Shown here: positions 47,655 to 57,737 of the stretch, in pieces
Layout of the letters: each line of letters starts with the position of its first letter
How positions within the stretch are numbered: the first letter of the stretch is position 1
Source of the DNA: an uncultured virus (IMG/VR IMGVR_UViG_2687453124_000003)
Lineage: Duplodnaviria; Heunggongvirae; Uroviricota; Caudoviricetes
DNA length: 64,000 bases
Strand: one strand, 5' to 3'
IMG/VR virus record: IMGVR_UViG_2687453124_000003
Translations under genes and position numbers: made by a program
Notes under the pieces: generated by a model
What the model was told of the DNA's origin: nothing
Seen by the model: the letters and a program-made list of their open reading frames with translations, nothing else
Database searches by the model: none

Positions 47655-48110
47655 TCAGCCGAACAGAACCAGCGTCACAGCGACCGGCGAAGCCTCTGCG
47701 ACCTCACGAATGATCTGCTCGGCCACGACGGGATCCAGACCGCCGATACCGCCGCCGATAAGTGGTAGCGCGACAGAACCGATCCCCTGCTTGTGCGCCA
47801 GGCCTAGCCCCTGAGTCAGAGATGCGCGCAGCCACTGCTCGGTCGCATCGGGACCTGGCTGATTCTGACTCGCACAGTGGATGATGGGGCGACCCAGCCC
47901 GGCGTCACGACCCGTGTTACGGGTGAACACAGCCGAGCCGGGCGTGATCCGCCCCTGCTGCGCAAGGATGACGTACTGAGTCATCGCGTCGGGATAGCGG
48001 TCCGCCATCACCGAGGCCAGGCCCCCGGTGACGCCCTGGCAATTCACTCCGTGCGCCAATGCCTCAGCTGGATGGGCGAACAAGTCGCCGGTCTCGACGG
48101 TGAAGCTCAT
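47655..48110 (-). CDS. Macrodomain protein (ADP-ribose binding/hydrolase, DarG/Poa1-like)
   Basis: GDLF, AHGVNC.G..GG.A, SVALPLIGGGIGGL. Confidence 0.85.
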   Translation of the reverse strand: MSFTVETGDLFAHPAEALAHGVNCQGVTGGLASVMADRYPDAMTQYVILAQQGRITPGSAVFTRNTGRDAGLGRPIIHCASQNQPGPDATEQWLRASLTQGLGLAHKQGIGSVALPLIGGGIGGLDPVVAEQIIREVAEASPVAVTLVLFG

Positions 48111-48155
48111 CGATGCCTCCTCAGACTGGGGGACGTGACGTTACATTCGACCTGA

Positions 48156-48947
48156 TCATGCGGCATCGGGGTTCTCATCGTCTTCTTCATCCATTCCGAG
48201 GGAGACGGCTACGGGGACTTCCGGGTCGTCAACGTCCAGATCCGGGTGATACGTGTGCGCAGACAGCACCGCTCGAAACACCCCGGCACACGTGAGAGTG
48301 ACAATCGATGCTGGGTGCTCTCGCGTGTACAGCTCGACGGGTTCCTTGAATACCGCGGCGATAGCGCTCATCTTCTTGATCACGTCCGAGCCGAACGCCT
48401 GGACCTTGCCGACCTTCAGCGGTGCCGTCGTCTGGTCGTCACCAAGACCGCGCGTGCTCAGAATTTCCTTGGCGCCGCGGGCCGACAGTCGAGAGATCGT
48501 CGATGCGATCGGGAAGTCGTCGACGTCTTGCAACGGGATGTAGTGCCGCGAGTCCGCTTCTCCCGGGGCTCCGTCGGTGAGTGTGCGCATGAGCAGCGTG
48601 GAGCCGTTATCGACGACCGACAACTCGACATCACACTGAGATTCCTTGTCGATCTTCTTGACGGCCGACGCCGCGTTCTTGGCTGCCGACAGCAACTGGG
48701 AAGCCTGATCGGTCGAGAACTTCACCAGAGGCAGCGTTCCGTCACAGCCGAAGATCGCTTGCCCCGGACTGTTTCCGTCCGAGGCGATGAACGCCAAGCT
48801 GTTCTGCGTCCCAACTTCGCCGGTCTCGACGCGCGTGGAGCCCAGTACGACAGCGGCATGTGTGGGGTCATCGTTGCCTGCATACGCCATGACCTTGGCT
48901 GCTGAGAGTCCTTGCACGAATAGTTGGTTGTCGATAACAACGGTCAT
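48156..48947 (-). CDS. Divergent DNA polymerase III beta-clamp-like protein (about two domains)
   Basis: A..DDP....V.L, L.FIASDG, DFP segments echo beta-clamp domains II-III; start MTVVID with GGAAAAGGA RBS. Confidence 0.45.
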   Translation of the reverse strand: MTVVIDNQLFVQGLSAAKVMAYAGNDDPTHAAVVLGSTRVETGEVGTQNSLAFIASDGNSPGQAIFGCDGTLPLVKFSTDQASQLLSAAKNAASAVKKIDKESQCDVELSVVDNGSTLLMRTLTDGAPGEADSRHYIPLQDVDDFPIASTISRLSARGAKEILSTRGLGDDQTTAPLKVGKVQAFGSDVIKKMSAIAAVFKEPVELYTREHPASIVTLTCAGVFRAVLSAHTYHPDLDVDDPEVPVAVSLGMDEEDDENPDAA

Positions 48948-49095
48948 GTCCCGTCGTCCTTTCCCTTGATCGAACAGCGCCTGGTTGTTCACGCGTTGTG
49001 TCCGCGCTAGATGAAGCGAGCCGCAATCTAGGGCTGATCGACCGACGATCCAGACAGCGGCGCGTTGCCGGAAATGCCCGAGAGCACACCCACGA

Positions 49096-49383
49096 TCACG
49101 CATCGCTCAAATCGCCCCTATCAATTGCCCCGCTGACCGGTGTCATCAGCAGATCCGATCCAATGCGGATCCGGGTCGTGGAGTTGTCTCCAACGCGCGT
49201 GCGTACGCGCAAGACTGCCGTTGCCCCGGATTCGCTCAATGTCACGCTCAGAGGTGCGCTCAGTGCGTCGATCAGCACCTCGCTCACACGACCAGTCAGA
49301 AGCCCGCTCAAATCTGCAGTCAATGCTGCGATACGGACTAAACCGCCACGGCGGAACAGCTTTTCGCGCTCCTGCACGATCAC
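49096..49383 (-). CDS. Hypothetical protein
   Basis: 95-aa ORF. Confidence 0.35.
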   Translation of the reverse strand: MIVQEREKLFRRGGLVRIAALTADLSGLLTGRVSEVLIDALSAPLSVTLSESGATAVLRVRTRVGDNSTTRIRIGSDLLMTPVSGAIDRGDLSDA

Positions 49384-49564
49384 CGCTCAGATGTCCGCCC
49401 AGGCTTTACATCGCTCAGCTGCATGCTCAATTCGACGATACGAAACCTCCAGCCGCGGCCCGGCGCACGAAGACCGTGAATCGGGGACGTGACATGCATA
49501 GCGACGCGGCCACTGTCGTGTCGCGTGCGATCCGTTTCCGGGTTCCGCCGCACACTGCGCCACC

Positions 49565-50341
49565 ATGAGCTCGCTGAAATCTCCACCCGAAAACGACAAG
49601 CTGCTGAGTCAGCTCCTACAGACGCTGTTCGCGCTGGCCGCCGTGGCGGTCATTGTGGTGCTGATCGTGAACGGCACCTTGTTCGGCAAGGACAACCCGA
49701 TATCGTCGGAGCTCAGCAAAATCACCGGCCAGGAACAACGCGATGACGGAGCGCCACCGAGCGCATCGACGATAAGCGGTACCGGAACTCCCAGTCCTGA
49801 TCCATCGACACTGACCGTCGCTGCGCCCGGATCCAAAGATGGATACGCCCGAGCACGATTCGGACAACCGTGGACAGATGACGTCGACATCGAAGGTGGG
49901 CACAACGGCTGCAGCACCCGGGACGATATTTTGCAGCGCGACCTCACCGGCATAACCCTTTCCGGCTCATGCAAAGTCATGTCCGGAACACTTGCCGACC
50001 CGTACACCGGGCAGGTCATTTCATTCGTCTACGGCAAGAAGACATCCGCTCTCGTACAGATCGATCATCTGGTGAGTTTGGCGAACGTCTGGATCTCCGG
50101 CGCAGCGACCTGGGACTTGCCCGAACTCAAGAAGATCGCGAATGATCCACTGAATCTGCTTGCCGTCAACGGATCTTCAAACGAGAGCAAGGGCGAGAAA
50201 TCAGCCGATCAGTGGCTGCCGGAAAACACAGCTTTCGACTGCACGTACGTCAAGCGGCAGGTGATGGTGAAGAACAAGTACCGGCTGACAGTGACGGCTG
50301 CCGAGAAAGCCACCATGCAACAGTTCTACGGCGCCTGCTGA
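49565..50341 (+). CDS. Membrane-anchored DUF1524/HNH-like nuclease
   Basis: TM helix; DPYTG, QIDHLV, SGA..W, ANDP.NLLAV..S.N.SKG, WLP. Confidence 0.85.
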   Translation: MSSLKSPPENDKLLSQLLQTLFALAAVAVIVVLIVNGTLFGKDNPISSELSKITGQEQRDDGAPPSASTISGTGTPSPDPSTLTVAAPGSKDGYARARFGQPWTDDVDIEGGHNGCSTRDDILQRDLTGITLSGSCKVMSGTLADPYTGQVISFVYGKKTSALVQIDHLVSLANVWISGAATWDLPELKKIANDPLNLLAVNGSSNESKGEKSADQWLPENTAFDCTYVKRQVMVKNKYRLTVTAAEKATMQQFYGAC

Positions 50342-50397
50342 ACGGCTCGACGTGCCGTACCCTTCGGCCTCATTGACCGGGATCTACGGTGCCCGCC

Positions 50398-51132
50398 ATG
50401 ACAAACACACTTACGCGTTTAGCCGCTGTCGGGTTCAGCGCCGCCGTCGCGCTCCCGGCTGTCGGATGCCAACAACAGCGGCCCAGCGAGAACACGGCGG
50501 CCAGCGCTTATGTTTCCGCGACGGCAGGAGCCGAAACCCACCTTGATGTGAACCAATTGATGAATGCTGCGATAGCAACAGCCCGGGCGATGCGGTCCGC
50601 ACACCTGAGGTTCTCCAGTACTGGAGTTACAGATCTGCTGGCGAAGGCCTACGCCGCTGACGTGACCCTCACCCCGACCGTTGCAGCGCGGGGAAACGCC
50701 ACGCTGAAGATCAACGGAGACTACAGCCAGACGCAGTTCCAGACCGTAGAGGCGGATTTGTGGATCCAGGACGCCAACGGCACATTCGTCGATACCGGGC
50801 CGGCGCAAGGCACTCTGAACCCTGCGGCCCTCTTGGACCCACAACACGGAGTCGCCAGTGTGCTCGCCGCCGTGGCATCTCCTGTAATTGTCGATCCCAA
50901 GGCACACGCCGGTCCGGACGAGGCTGTGAAAGTCGCTGGGACTTTGTCCGCAGCGGCAGCCAGCGTGCTGGTGCCGCGGTCCTCGCTGGGAGCGGCTACA
51001 GAGTTTCCGGTGGCCGTATGGTTGGCTCCAGTCGACCCGCATCCCCTTCTCCAGATAATCGTCACCGTCGGTGAAGGATCACTGACCCTCAGAGCCGATA
51101 GGGCCGAGCCTTTCGCCGTTGCGGTTCCATAG
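50398..51132 (+). CDS. LppX/LprAFG-family lipoprotein
   Basis: Lipobox AVGC; SAHL, ADVT..P..AARG, P.ALLDP..GVA..L. Confidence 0.7.
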   Translation: MTNTLTRLAAVGFSAAVALPAVGCQQQRPSENTAASAYVSATAGAETHLDVNQLMNAAIATARAMRSAHLRFSSTGVTDLLAKAYAADVTLTPTVAARGNATLKINGDYSQTQFQTVEADLWIQDANGTFVDTGPAQGTLNPAALLDPQHGVASVLAAVASPVIVDPKAHAGPDEAVKVAGTLSAAAASVLVPRSSLGAATEFPVAVWLAPVDPHPLLQIIVTVGEGSLTLRADRAEPFAVAVP

Positions 51133-51148
51133 ACGGATCCGAACGACA

Positions 51149-51185
51149 CAGCGCCCCGGGGCCTTTCACAGGTACCGGGGCGCTG
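51149..51185. terminator. Bidirectional hairpin terminator
   Basis: CAGCGCCCCGG / CCGGGGCGCTG stem between convergent genes. Confidence 0.7.
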
Positions 51186-51203
51186 CGCTGAGCAACATCG
51201 ATG

Positions 51204-54200
51204 CTATGCAGACTGCCGAAGCGCCTGCTGCTCTTGCTGCAATCGCCGGGCCACCGCGTCGACGTCGATTCGTGCGGTCTGCACCATCACGTAGTCGTCG
51301 GCGTCGACGATGATCCGCCCCTGTCCGGCACGCCAGCGCATCGGCTTGAGGTGATACGCCTGACCGATGGGATCGCCGGACGACGGCGGGCTGGCCAGCT
51401 GCAGGATTGGCGCCATCATGTTCTCGCGCAACGCCACCAGGAACTCAGATGACTTCACCCTGCCCGCGAACCCGCTGCTGCTATCCGAGACGATGAAGTG
51501 CACGCCGAGGTCCGTTCCGGTAGCGAGCAGTTCACTGACGCTCACGCCGCCGTATCGCACCTCATCGAACACCGACTTGGCCGAGTGCCCCTTGGACATG
51601 TTGGCGAAGTTGTCGACAAACACGTATACCTCGGGTCCGGTGAAGAACGTCCGCGAGCTCAGTTGCTCGGCGGTCGCATCATCGGTGGGACGGCGCGACC
51701 CCATCAGCTTGACCAACATCTCCGCCGTGTCAGCGATGTCCTCGGCGCTGGTGACATATCCCGGTGGACGTATCCGCTCGCGAACCATCGCTCCGTCGCG
51801 CTCCACTTCCCGGAACTTGGCGGGCTTGACGAATCCTCGCTCGTACAGACGATCTCGTTCTCCAAGGTGCTGTCGCAGCGGATCGATCACAATGATGATC
51901 GCGTCCTTCGGGGTGAATTGACGCATCACCGACTCCATGACGCTACGCAGCAAGTTGGTCTTGCCGGCGCCCTTCTCGCTGTAGACCAACAGGTTCTGCG
52001 AGAAGTTCGGGACGGGAGCCAAGGACAACGTGTCCATCCGCACGCCCAGCGGGATGATCGTGTTCACGGGGTGGCGGTCCTTGTCGCTGAGCGGAGCGAA
52101 GGCAGACCACACCTGCTCGTAGTCGATCACCGGGTCTGCCGGCAGCACCCTGACCACGCGCTGCTCGGCCAGTTCAGCTGACAGATGCAGGCACAGGTTC
52201 CGAATCTCTTCACCATGATCGTGGATCTTGAAATCCTTCATACCCTTGACATAACCGTCCTCTTCGATCTCCCGGAAGATCGGAACAGCGGTGCGGCACT
52301 GCAGCAGTGTCAGCGGGTCCAAAGACCGACCAGGCTGATCCACCGGAATACGCTCGCTCAGGGTGAAGCGCACTTCGGAAGAAACCTTGGCCCCGGCGTA
52401 GTCCGTCGATGGCAGCTGAACACCGCCGTTGACCTCCGCGGTGTAGTGAGTCACGTTGCCCGCGTTACCCGACCCTCCCGAGTCCGCGGTGTACACCAGG
52501 TGCACACCCACAGCGGCACCCTTATCGAGGATCGGGCGCAGCAGCTGCGCACGCACAGCGCGGTCATCCTTCTCACCGAGGAATCCACCAATGCCGTCAA
52601 TGGCCACAATCACGTACCCATACGGGTCATCTGCCACAGGGGCATTGGCCTTGGACGCCAAATATGCGTCAACCGAGGATGCTTGGCGGTCAACCATCTC
52701 GCGGCGTCGCACTTCGATCAAGCGTGAAGCCTCACCGAGAATGCGCGCGGTGGTTTCGTCGTCTTCCGGTCGCGCGTACGCCGCGACATTGGGGCTGTCT
52801 TTGACCTCTCCGAGCTTGCCGGTGCCGTAGTCGGCGAGCATGAATGCCAAACGCTCCGGTCCGTGTTGAATGCAGCCGCACACGACCAGTGTCTGAAGCA
52901 GCGTGGTACGCCCCGACTTGCCTGCACCGGCGATCACCTGGTGCGGGATGTTCCCGCCGAAGTCCATGAACCACGGCAGTCGCGTGTGCTTCTCGGGGGC
53001 ATCGAGGTCGCCCACCCTGATCTTCAGCCCCTTGACTTCTCGGGTCAGATTGAGCGTCGGCAGCGACAAAGGCTCGCGCAGCGATGGCTTCCACAGGTCC
53101 AAGGTGCGCATATCGGACAGTCGCGAGGCCTTCTCCAGGAGCACGTCGGCCATCTTCTCGCCGAATTGTTCCTCGGTGACCTCCACCGTGTCTTCTTCGA
53201 CCTCCGGAGTGAATCCCCGGGTAGTGAACAGCGTGAACGGAACTACAGGCTCTGCAACTGCACCTGAGCCGTCCGCCCGGGAGCGGGCACGCTCTGTCAC
53301 GGTTCGTCGGATGTAGGGGGCCTCGTGGTGGAATGCAGCCACTTCGACGGGAGCTGCGTCAGTGGTGAACTTGCGCAGGATCTTTCCCTTGAGTCCACCC
53401 TTCTTGCCCACCATCGTCGCTGCGTCGTCGGTACCGAGCATCGCGATGGAATAGCTCGCACTGTTGACCGACAGCGAGTAGCGGAAACTCAAGTGCTCAA
53501 AGAGGTCACCGATCACGTCCTTGTTGATGAACTGGCTGCACATCACCAGGTGCATACCCAGCGAGCGACCAACGCGACCGACACGGATCAACAGATCCAA
53601 GTAGCCGGGACGTTCCTTGAGGAACTCACCGAACTCGTCGATGATGACGATCAAGTCCGGAAGCGGAGGCCAGCTTGGATCGTTCGGGTGCTTCTTCTGC
53701 TGCTCCCGGTAGTCGAAGATGTCCTTGCAACCCTTTTCGGTGGTGATGAACTCCTCGCGGCGATTCACTTCGCCGTTGATCACCGCACCGAGTCGGTCGA
53801 CCAGCTCCATCGTGTTCTCAAGGTTGGAGATGGATGCCACGACATGTGGCAGCCCGTCCATTCCCAGGAACGTTGCGCCGCCCTTGAAGTCGGCCAGGAT
53901 CAGTGCGACTTTGTCCGGGCCGTACATGGCGATGAGCGCCAGCACTATCGCGCGCAGGAAGTACGACTTACCCGATCCGGTACGTCCGGCCACCGCGCCG
54001 TGCGGGCCGTTGCCGTCGCGGTTCTCCTCGTAGAAGTTCAGGTAGGTCAGCTCTGAGGTAAGTTCGTCGCCCTTGCGGTAGTAGCCGAACGGAACCTTGA
54101 TTTCATCGGTATAGGCGTTGCGCTTCCACACTTCGATCAAGTCGTGGGTCTCGATATCGCCGATCTCGAGTACTTCGAAGAAGTCCGGAATGTGGTCGGG

Positions 54201-55481
54201 GCGATCGTCAACCACAGCTCCGTTGACGCCATAGTTGCGTGGGCGCCATTTGTACATGGCCCGTGCGAATACCTCGGCTTGCGCGATCGTCACCGAGTCC
54301 GCGGCGGCCGCGTCGTAGTCGTCGACTGTTGAGACGCGACCGTCCTTGAGCAGAATGCGGCTCTTCATCTTTACGGGGTCGGTGACCAGGTCTTGGCCGT
54401 AGCGCACCACGAACCACGTCATGCCGTTGACTCCGCCGGAGATGTTCGCCGGCCAGGACACCATCGCGTCGGGCAGATCGATGATTAGCAGCAGGTGTGG
54501 TGGGCGCTCGTCGCTGGCCTCATTGCGCATCCGCTCGATCTGCGCCGCGTGCATCGCTGCGAATTCGTCGAGGCTGCGCCATGTGAGCAGCCGCGCGCCC
54601 AGCCCCTTTTCAACCCGCGTCACATCTTCGGTATGTGGCAGCCACTTCACCCATTCCCACGTCTTGGGGTCGTTGGTCACCACGCCGATGTTCAGATCAC
54701 TGGGCCGATGGTTGAACGCCAGCGACATAAGCATGGCCCGTACAAGCCCTAGCCTGCCTTCCTCGTCACCGCGCATCGCATAGGCGGGAAACTCGTTGAG
54801 CCGCACATCGATCGGAAGGTTGGCCACTACAGACAACGTGTTGATGGCGCGGTCGTAGCGCACCATTGTCGCCGGTTCCTGCATCTCGGGGACGACGTCG
54901 TCCGCCTGGATCAGCTTGGGATACAAGGGCGCCACACCGATCCCGACACGGGCACGCAGGTATGGGTTGGACGTCAGATTCTTGACGTCCGGGTCCGATT
55001 CAACGGCTGGCGCAACTACCCGGCCGATGTCGAGATTACGGTCGGCCTGCCACATCTCGTGAGTGCCGACCAGCGACAGAAGGTCAGCCGGATGCGGGAA
55101 GCACATGGTACGTAGGTCGTGCATAGCGCGGCCCTGGTCGTAGATCTCGAAACGCCTCTCGCGCAGCTCGAGATCGTATTCCTCTATCTCTTGGTCGATG
55201 TCGCCCCCGCTGCTGCCCTGGTTGCGCATCTGCATGGCGTACATCAGCGGCATCATGAGCATGAGCGGCATGCTGGAGAGCATGGTGACGATGGCGCGCT
55301 GACCGGTGACCAGTGACATCACCACCATGCCGATCATCACGGCGACCATGATCAAAGGCATTGCGCGAAGCCAAATGGGCCGCTTGTCCGGAGCGGGCAA
55401 GCCGAGCGGTTCCTTGATCTGCACACCGGTGGGCAACAGCTGAACTGACTCTCGCGGCGGTGCCCGGAAAACGGTAAACAT
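51204..55481 (-). CDS. eccC: Type VII secretion ATPase EccC (2 TM, three FtsK domains)
   Basis: WVKWLPH, GPHG..AGRTGSGKS, ADFKGG, IIDEF, GRSLGMHL; second GAGKSGRTT; third EKGAGKTN. Confidence 0.92.
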   Translation of the reverse strand: MFTVFRAPPRESVQLLPTGVQIKEPLGLPAPDKRPIWLRAMPLIMVAVMIGMVVMSLVTGQRAIVTMLSSMPLMLMMPLMYAMQMRNQGSSGGDIDQEIEEYDLELRERRFEIYDQGRAMHDLRTMCFPHPADLLSLVGTHEMWQADRNLDIGRVVAPAVESDPDVKNLTSNPYLRARVGIGVAPLYPKLIQADDVVPEMQEPATMVRYDRAINTLSVVANLPIDVRLNEFPAYAMRGDEEGRLGLVRAMLMSLAFNHRPSDLNIGVVTNDPKTWEWVKWLPHTEDVTRVEKGLGARLLTWRSLDEFAAMHAAQIERMRNEASDERPPHLLLIIDLPDAMVSWPANISGGVNGMTWFVVRYGQDLVTDPVKMKSRILLKDGRVSTVDDYDAAAADSVTIAQAEVFARAMYKWRPRNYGVNGAVVDDRPDHIPDFFEVLEIGDIETHDLIEVWKRNAYTDEIKVPFGYYRKGDELTSELTYLNFYEENRDGNGPHGAVAGRTGSGKSYFLRAIVLALIAMYGPDKVALILADFKGGATFLGMDGLPHVVASISNLENTMELVDRLGAVINGEVNRREEFITTEKGCKDIFDYREQQKKHPNDPSWPPLPDLIVIIDEFGEFLKERPGYLDLLIRVGRVGRSLGMHLVMCSQFINKDVIGDLFEHLSFRYSLSVNSASYSIAMLGTDDAATMVGKKGGLKGKILRKFTTDAAPVEVAAFHHEAPYIRRTVTERARSRADGSGAVAEPVVPFTLFTTRGFTPEVEEDTVEVTEEQFGEKMADVLLEKASRLSDMRTLDLWKPSLREPLSLPTLNLTREVKGLKIRVGDLDAPEKHTRLPWFMDFGGNIPHQVIAGAGKSGRTTLLQTLVVCGCIQHGPERLAFMLADYGTGKLGEVKDSPNVAAYARPEDDETTARILGEASRLIEVRRREMVDRQASSVDAYLASKANAPVADDPYGYVIVAIDGIGGFLGEKDDRAVRAQLLRPILDKGAAVGVHLVYTADSGGSGNAGNVTHYTAEVNGGVQLPSTDYAGAKVSSEVRFTLSERIPVDQPGRSLDPLTLLQCRTAVPIFREIEEDGYVKGMKDFKIHDHGEEIRNLCLHLSAELAEQRVVRVLPADPVIDYEQVWSAFAPLSDKDRHPVNTIIPLGVRMDTLSLAPVPNFSQNLLVYSEKGAGKTNLLRSVMESVMRQFTPKDAIIIVIDPLRQHLGERDRLYERGFVKPAKFREVERDGAMVRERIRPPGYVTSAEDIADTAEMLVKLMGSRRPTDDATAEQLSSRTFFTGPEVYVFVDNFANMSKGHSAKSVFDEVRYGGVSVSELLATGTDLGVHFIVSDSSSGFAGRVKSSEFLVALRENMMAPILQLASPPSSGDPIGQAYHLKPMRWRAGQGRIIVDADDYVMVQTARIDVDAVARRLQQEQQALRQSA

Positions 55482-55501
55482 GAGTGTTCCTTCCTTGGCG
55501 G

Positions 55502-57301
55502 TCAGCGACCGGCAGTTGAGGGATCGTTGACGGCGGGCACAGGCGTGGCGGTCTCACCGCTTGCATTGGCCGCGGGATCAGCGGTGGGCGGGCCCGGTTG
55601 TTGTGGGGACGAGGGTTCTTGCTCTTCTTCTTCTTCGGAAGGCGGGGGCGGCGGCGGTTGCCCTTGCGTAGAAGGCGGATTCGGAACCTGGGATGAGGGG
55701 TTGATGGTTCCTTGCATGACTTGGGCGTTCTTGATCGACAAGGTCGCGCCAGGGGCATAGAGCTTGGCAACAGCCGCCGGAATCGGTGTCGGCGAAATCG
55801 AATCGAATCCCAGCGCTTTGACGGTTGGGTCATACGAGACTCCGCCGTTGCGCGCGATTACCACGTCGATGGGGAATCGAGTTCCGTTGGGGTCGATCCA
55901 CAGCAGTTGCTCCGCTGCAACTGAATCGGTGCTGTCGCCGGTGATGCGCGCGTACCAGCCGTAACCGGGACGGGTGATTGAATCGGTCGCCTGATCAGTG
56001 GTTCCGTTGTTCGGCAGTAGGTGTACTGCCGACACCCGGCCCGACTCGGTAACTGGCATACGCGAATTGGTGAAAATCCGGGTATGAGCTGTGAGTTCAC
56101 CGACGGTCTTGGTCCAGCTCCAGCACAGGGCAGGCTCACTGACCAGCGTCGGCACCTGAGCGGGGAAACGTGAATCGTCCACGATTGCGATCCGCGGCAT
56201 CGCCTGCACCGAGGCCGGGTCGTCGACGAGCTTCTGCGCGGCTCCCGTGTTGATCATCATCTGCGCGAGAACAGGACTGACTTGCTGTACTCCCCCAGAC
56301 CCGACCAGGTAAAAGGCCCGCGCCCCTGAGGCGGTTGTCACTGTCAGCACATCGCCGATGGCTGAACCGTTCACTGTCGGGCTGGGCTGGCCCTGGTTGA
56401 CGAGCCTTGGCGCGGTGAGCACCGGCGAGGGAGCGATCGTGGCGAGCAGCGAGGGAGAGACGGTCACTGCGGATTCGATCAGCGATGGTGTCAGGCCCAG
56501 CGCGGCCTGGGCGGCATAGTCGCCGCGACCGACTTCTGCCCGAGTGTCCCGATACAGCAGCCACAACCGCGTCGGGTCACCAGCGGGTTTAACCAACACC
56601 GCGCGGGTGTTTCCCAGATCAGTTCCACCATCGAGCATGTCGTCTCCGGCGATCACAGCTGTGGTGATGTCGCCGGTCTTGAGCAGCGAGAGCGGTACCG
56701 CGGTGTCACGCCAGTCGCACACGGTCCACACCGCTGTTTCATCAGTTCGGGGCGACAACAGATTCGGCGCGCTGGGGATGCCCATGAGCGGGCCGGTGGG
56801 CAGCGAACGCAGCGCTGCGTCGGTGGCCACTTTGGCTTCCTCCGGCTTGCCGACGATCAGGCGTGCCGAAGCCAGGTTGGTTACTGGGTGCAGCCGGCCG
56901 TTGAACTGAACGAAGATGCCGCCGGAACGAGTTGTCATGATCGCGGCGACGCCTGAATCGGGCTTGGGGTTGATCAGCGAGACGATGAAGGCCGCCACGA
57001 GAACAAGCACGCCGCCCACGAGGCTCACTGACAGCGACCCCCGCAGACGAGTCAGGGGCGAGCCGACACCGCGCACATCCTGACGCGACAGTGCTTCGTC
57101 GATGCGATTGAGTTCACGCTTGTACCCTTTGATCTGGCGACCGGTGGTCACGTACCAAGGCACTGCTGTATCGGTGCGATTGCGTGCACGCTTGGGCCCC
57201 TCGGCCTGTCGGCCATCGGCAGAATTCCCGGCCACCGCAACTCCTTCTTCGCCAAGCCAGCCGGCCAGGCGGCCGGTCTCGATGCGTGGGGAGGGTGGCA
57301 A
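55502..57301 (-). CDS. eccB: Type VII secretion membrane component EccB
   Basis: TT..QI.GY, single TM, LHPVTNLASARLI.G, GP..GIP.AP, W.VCD; start uncertain. Confidence 0.9.
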   Translation of the reverse strand: MPPSPRIETGRLAGWLGEEGVAVAGNSADGRQAEGPKRARNRTDTAVPWYVTTGRQIKGYKRELNRIDEALSRQDVRGVGSPLTRLRGSLSVSLVGGVLVLVAAFIVSLINPKPDSGVAAIMTTRSGGIFVQFNGRLHPVTNLASARLIVGKPEEAKVATDAALRSLPTGPLMGIPSAPNLLSPRTDETAVWTVCDWRDTAVPLSLLKTGDITTAVIAGDDMLDGGTDLGNTRAVLVKPAGDPTRLWLLYRDTRAEVGRGDYAAQAALGLTPSLIESAVTVSPSLLATIAPSPVLTAPRLVNQGQPSPTVNGSAIGDVLTVTTASGARAFYLVGSGGVQQVSPVLAQMMINTGAAQKLVDDPASVQAMPRIAIVDDSRFPAQVPTLVSEPALCWSWTKTVGELTAHTRIFTNSRMPVTESGRVSAVHLLPNNGTTDQATDSITRPGYGWYARITGDSTDSVAAEQLLWIDPNGTRFPIDVVIARNGGVSYDPTVKALGFDSISPTPIPAAVAKLYAPGATLSIKNAQVMQGTINPSSQVPNPPSTQGQPPPPPPSEEEEEQEPSSPQQPGPPTADPAANASGETATPVPAVNDPSTAGR

Positions 57302-57387
57302 AAACCAGCGACTACAGCAGCCCGCGGCGCGAGGTGCGACAAAAGGGCAGCCGCGTCTGGCACCGCTGTTCAGACAAGCCGTGGTGT

Positions 57388-57406
57388 ATTCTCCGTTTTA
57401 GAGAAC
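57388..57406. promoter_or_regulatory. 19-bp palindromic operator, copy 6 (ATTCTCCGTTTTAGAGAAC)
   Basis: Lies between the divergent eccB and XRE regulator 1. Confidence 0.75.
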
Positions 57407-57434
57407 TTGCGTTGTATACCAGGAGGCATGCCTT

Positions 57435-57737
57435 ATGCGCACCGACTCCGCCACACCCAAGAGGGCAGGCGGCCCACTATTGCTGACGGATTCAGCCATC
57501 GGCGCAGCAATCCGCAGCCGCCGAGGCGAGGTTCAACAAGGTGAAGTGGCTAGACGCGCAGGGCTCAATCTCAGCGTGTACTCCCGCATCGAGCGTGGTG
57601 AACGGCCCTGCCGCGTATCAGAAATGGTGAGCATCGCCAAGGCGCTCAACACCCCTGAAGACGAGATGCTCAAACTGATCAGGGAGCACGTCGCCGAGCA
57701 AGAGGCAGCGAAAAGCCTCAGGAAAAGCAATGGTTGA
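57435..57737 (+). CDS. XRE-family HTH regulator 1
   Basis: IRSRR...QQGEVARRAGL..SVYSRIERGERP; AGGAGG RBS. Confidence 0.85.
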   Translation: MRTDSATPKRAGGPLLLTDSAIGAAIRSRRGEVQQGEVARRAGLNLSVYSRIERGERPCRVSEMVSIAKALNTPEDEMLKLIREHVAEQEAAKSLRKSNG

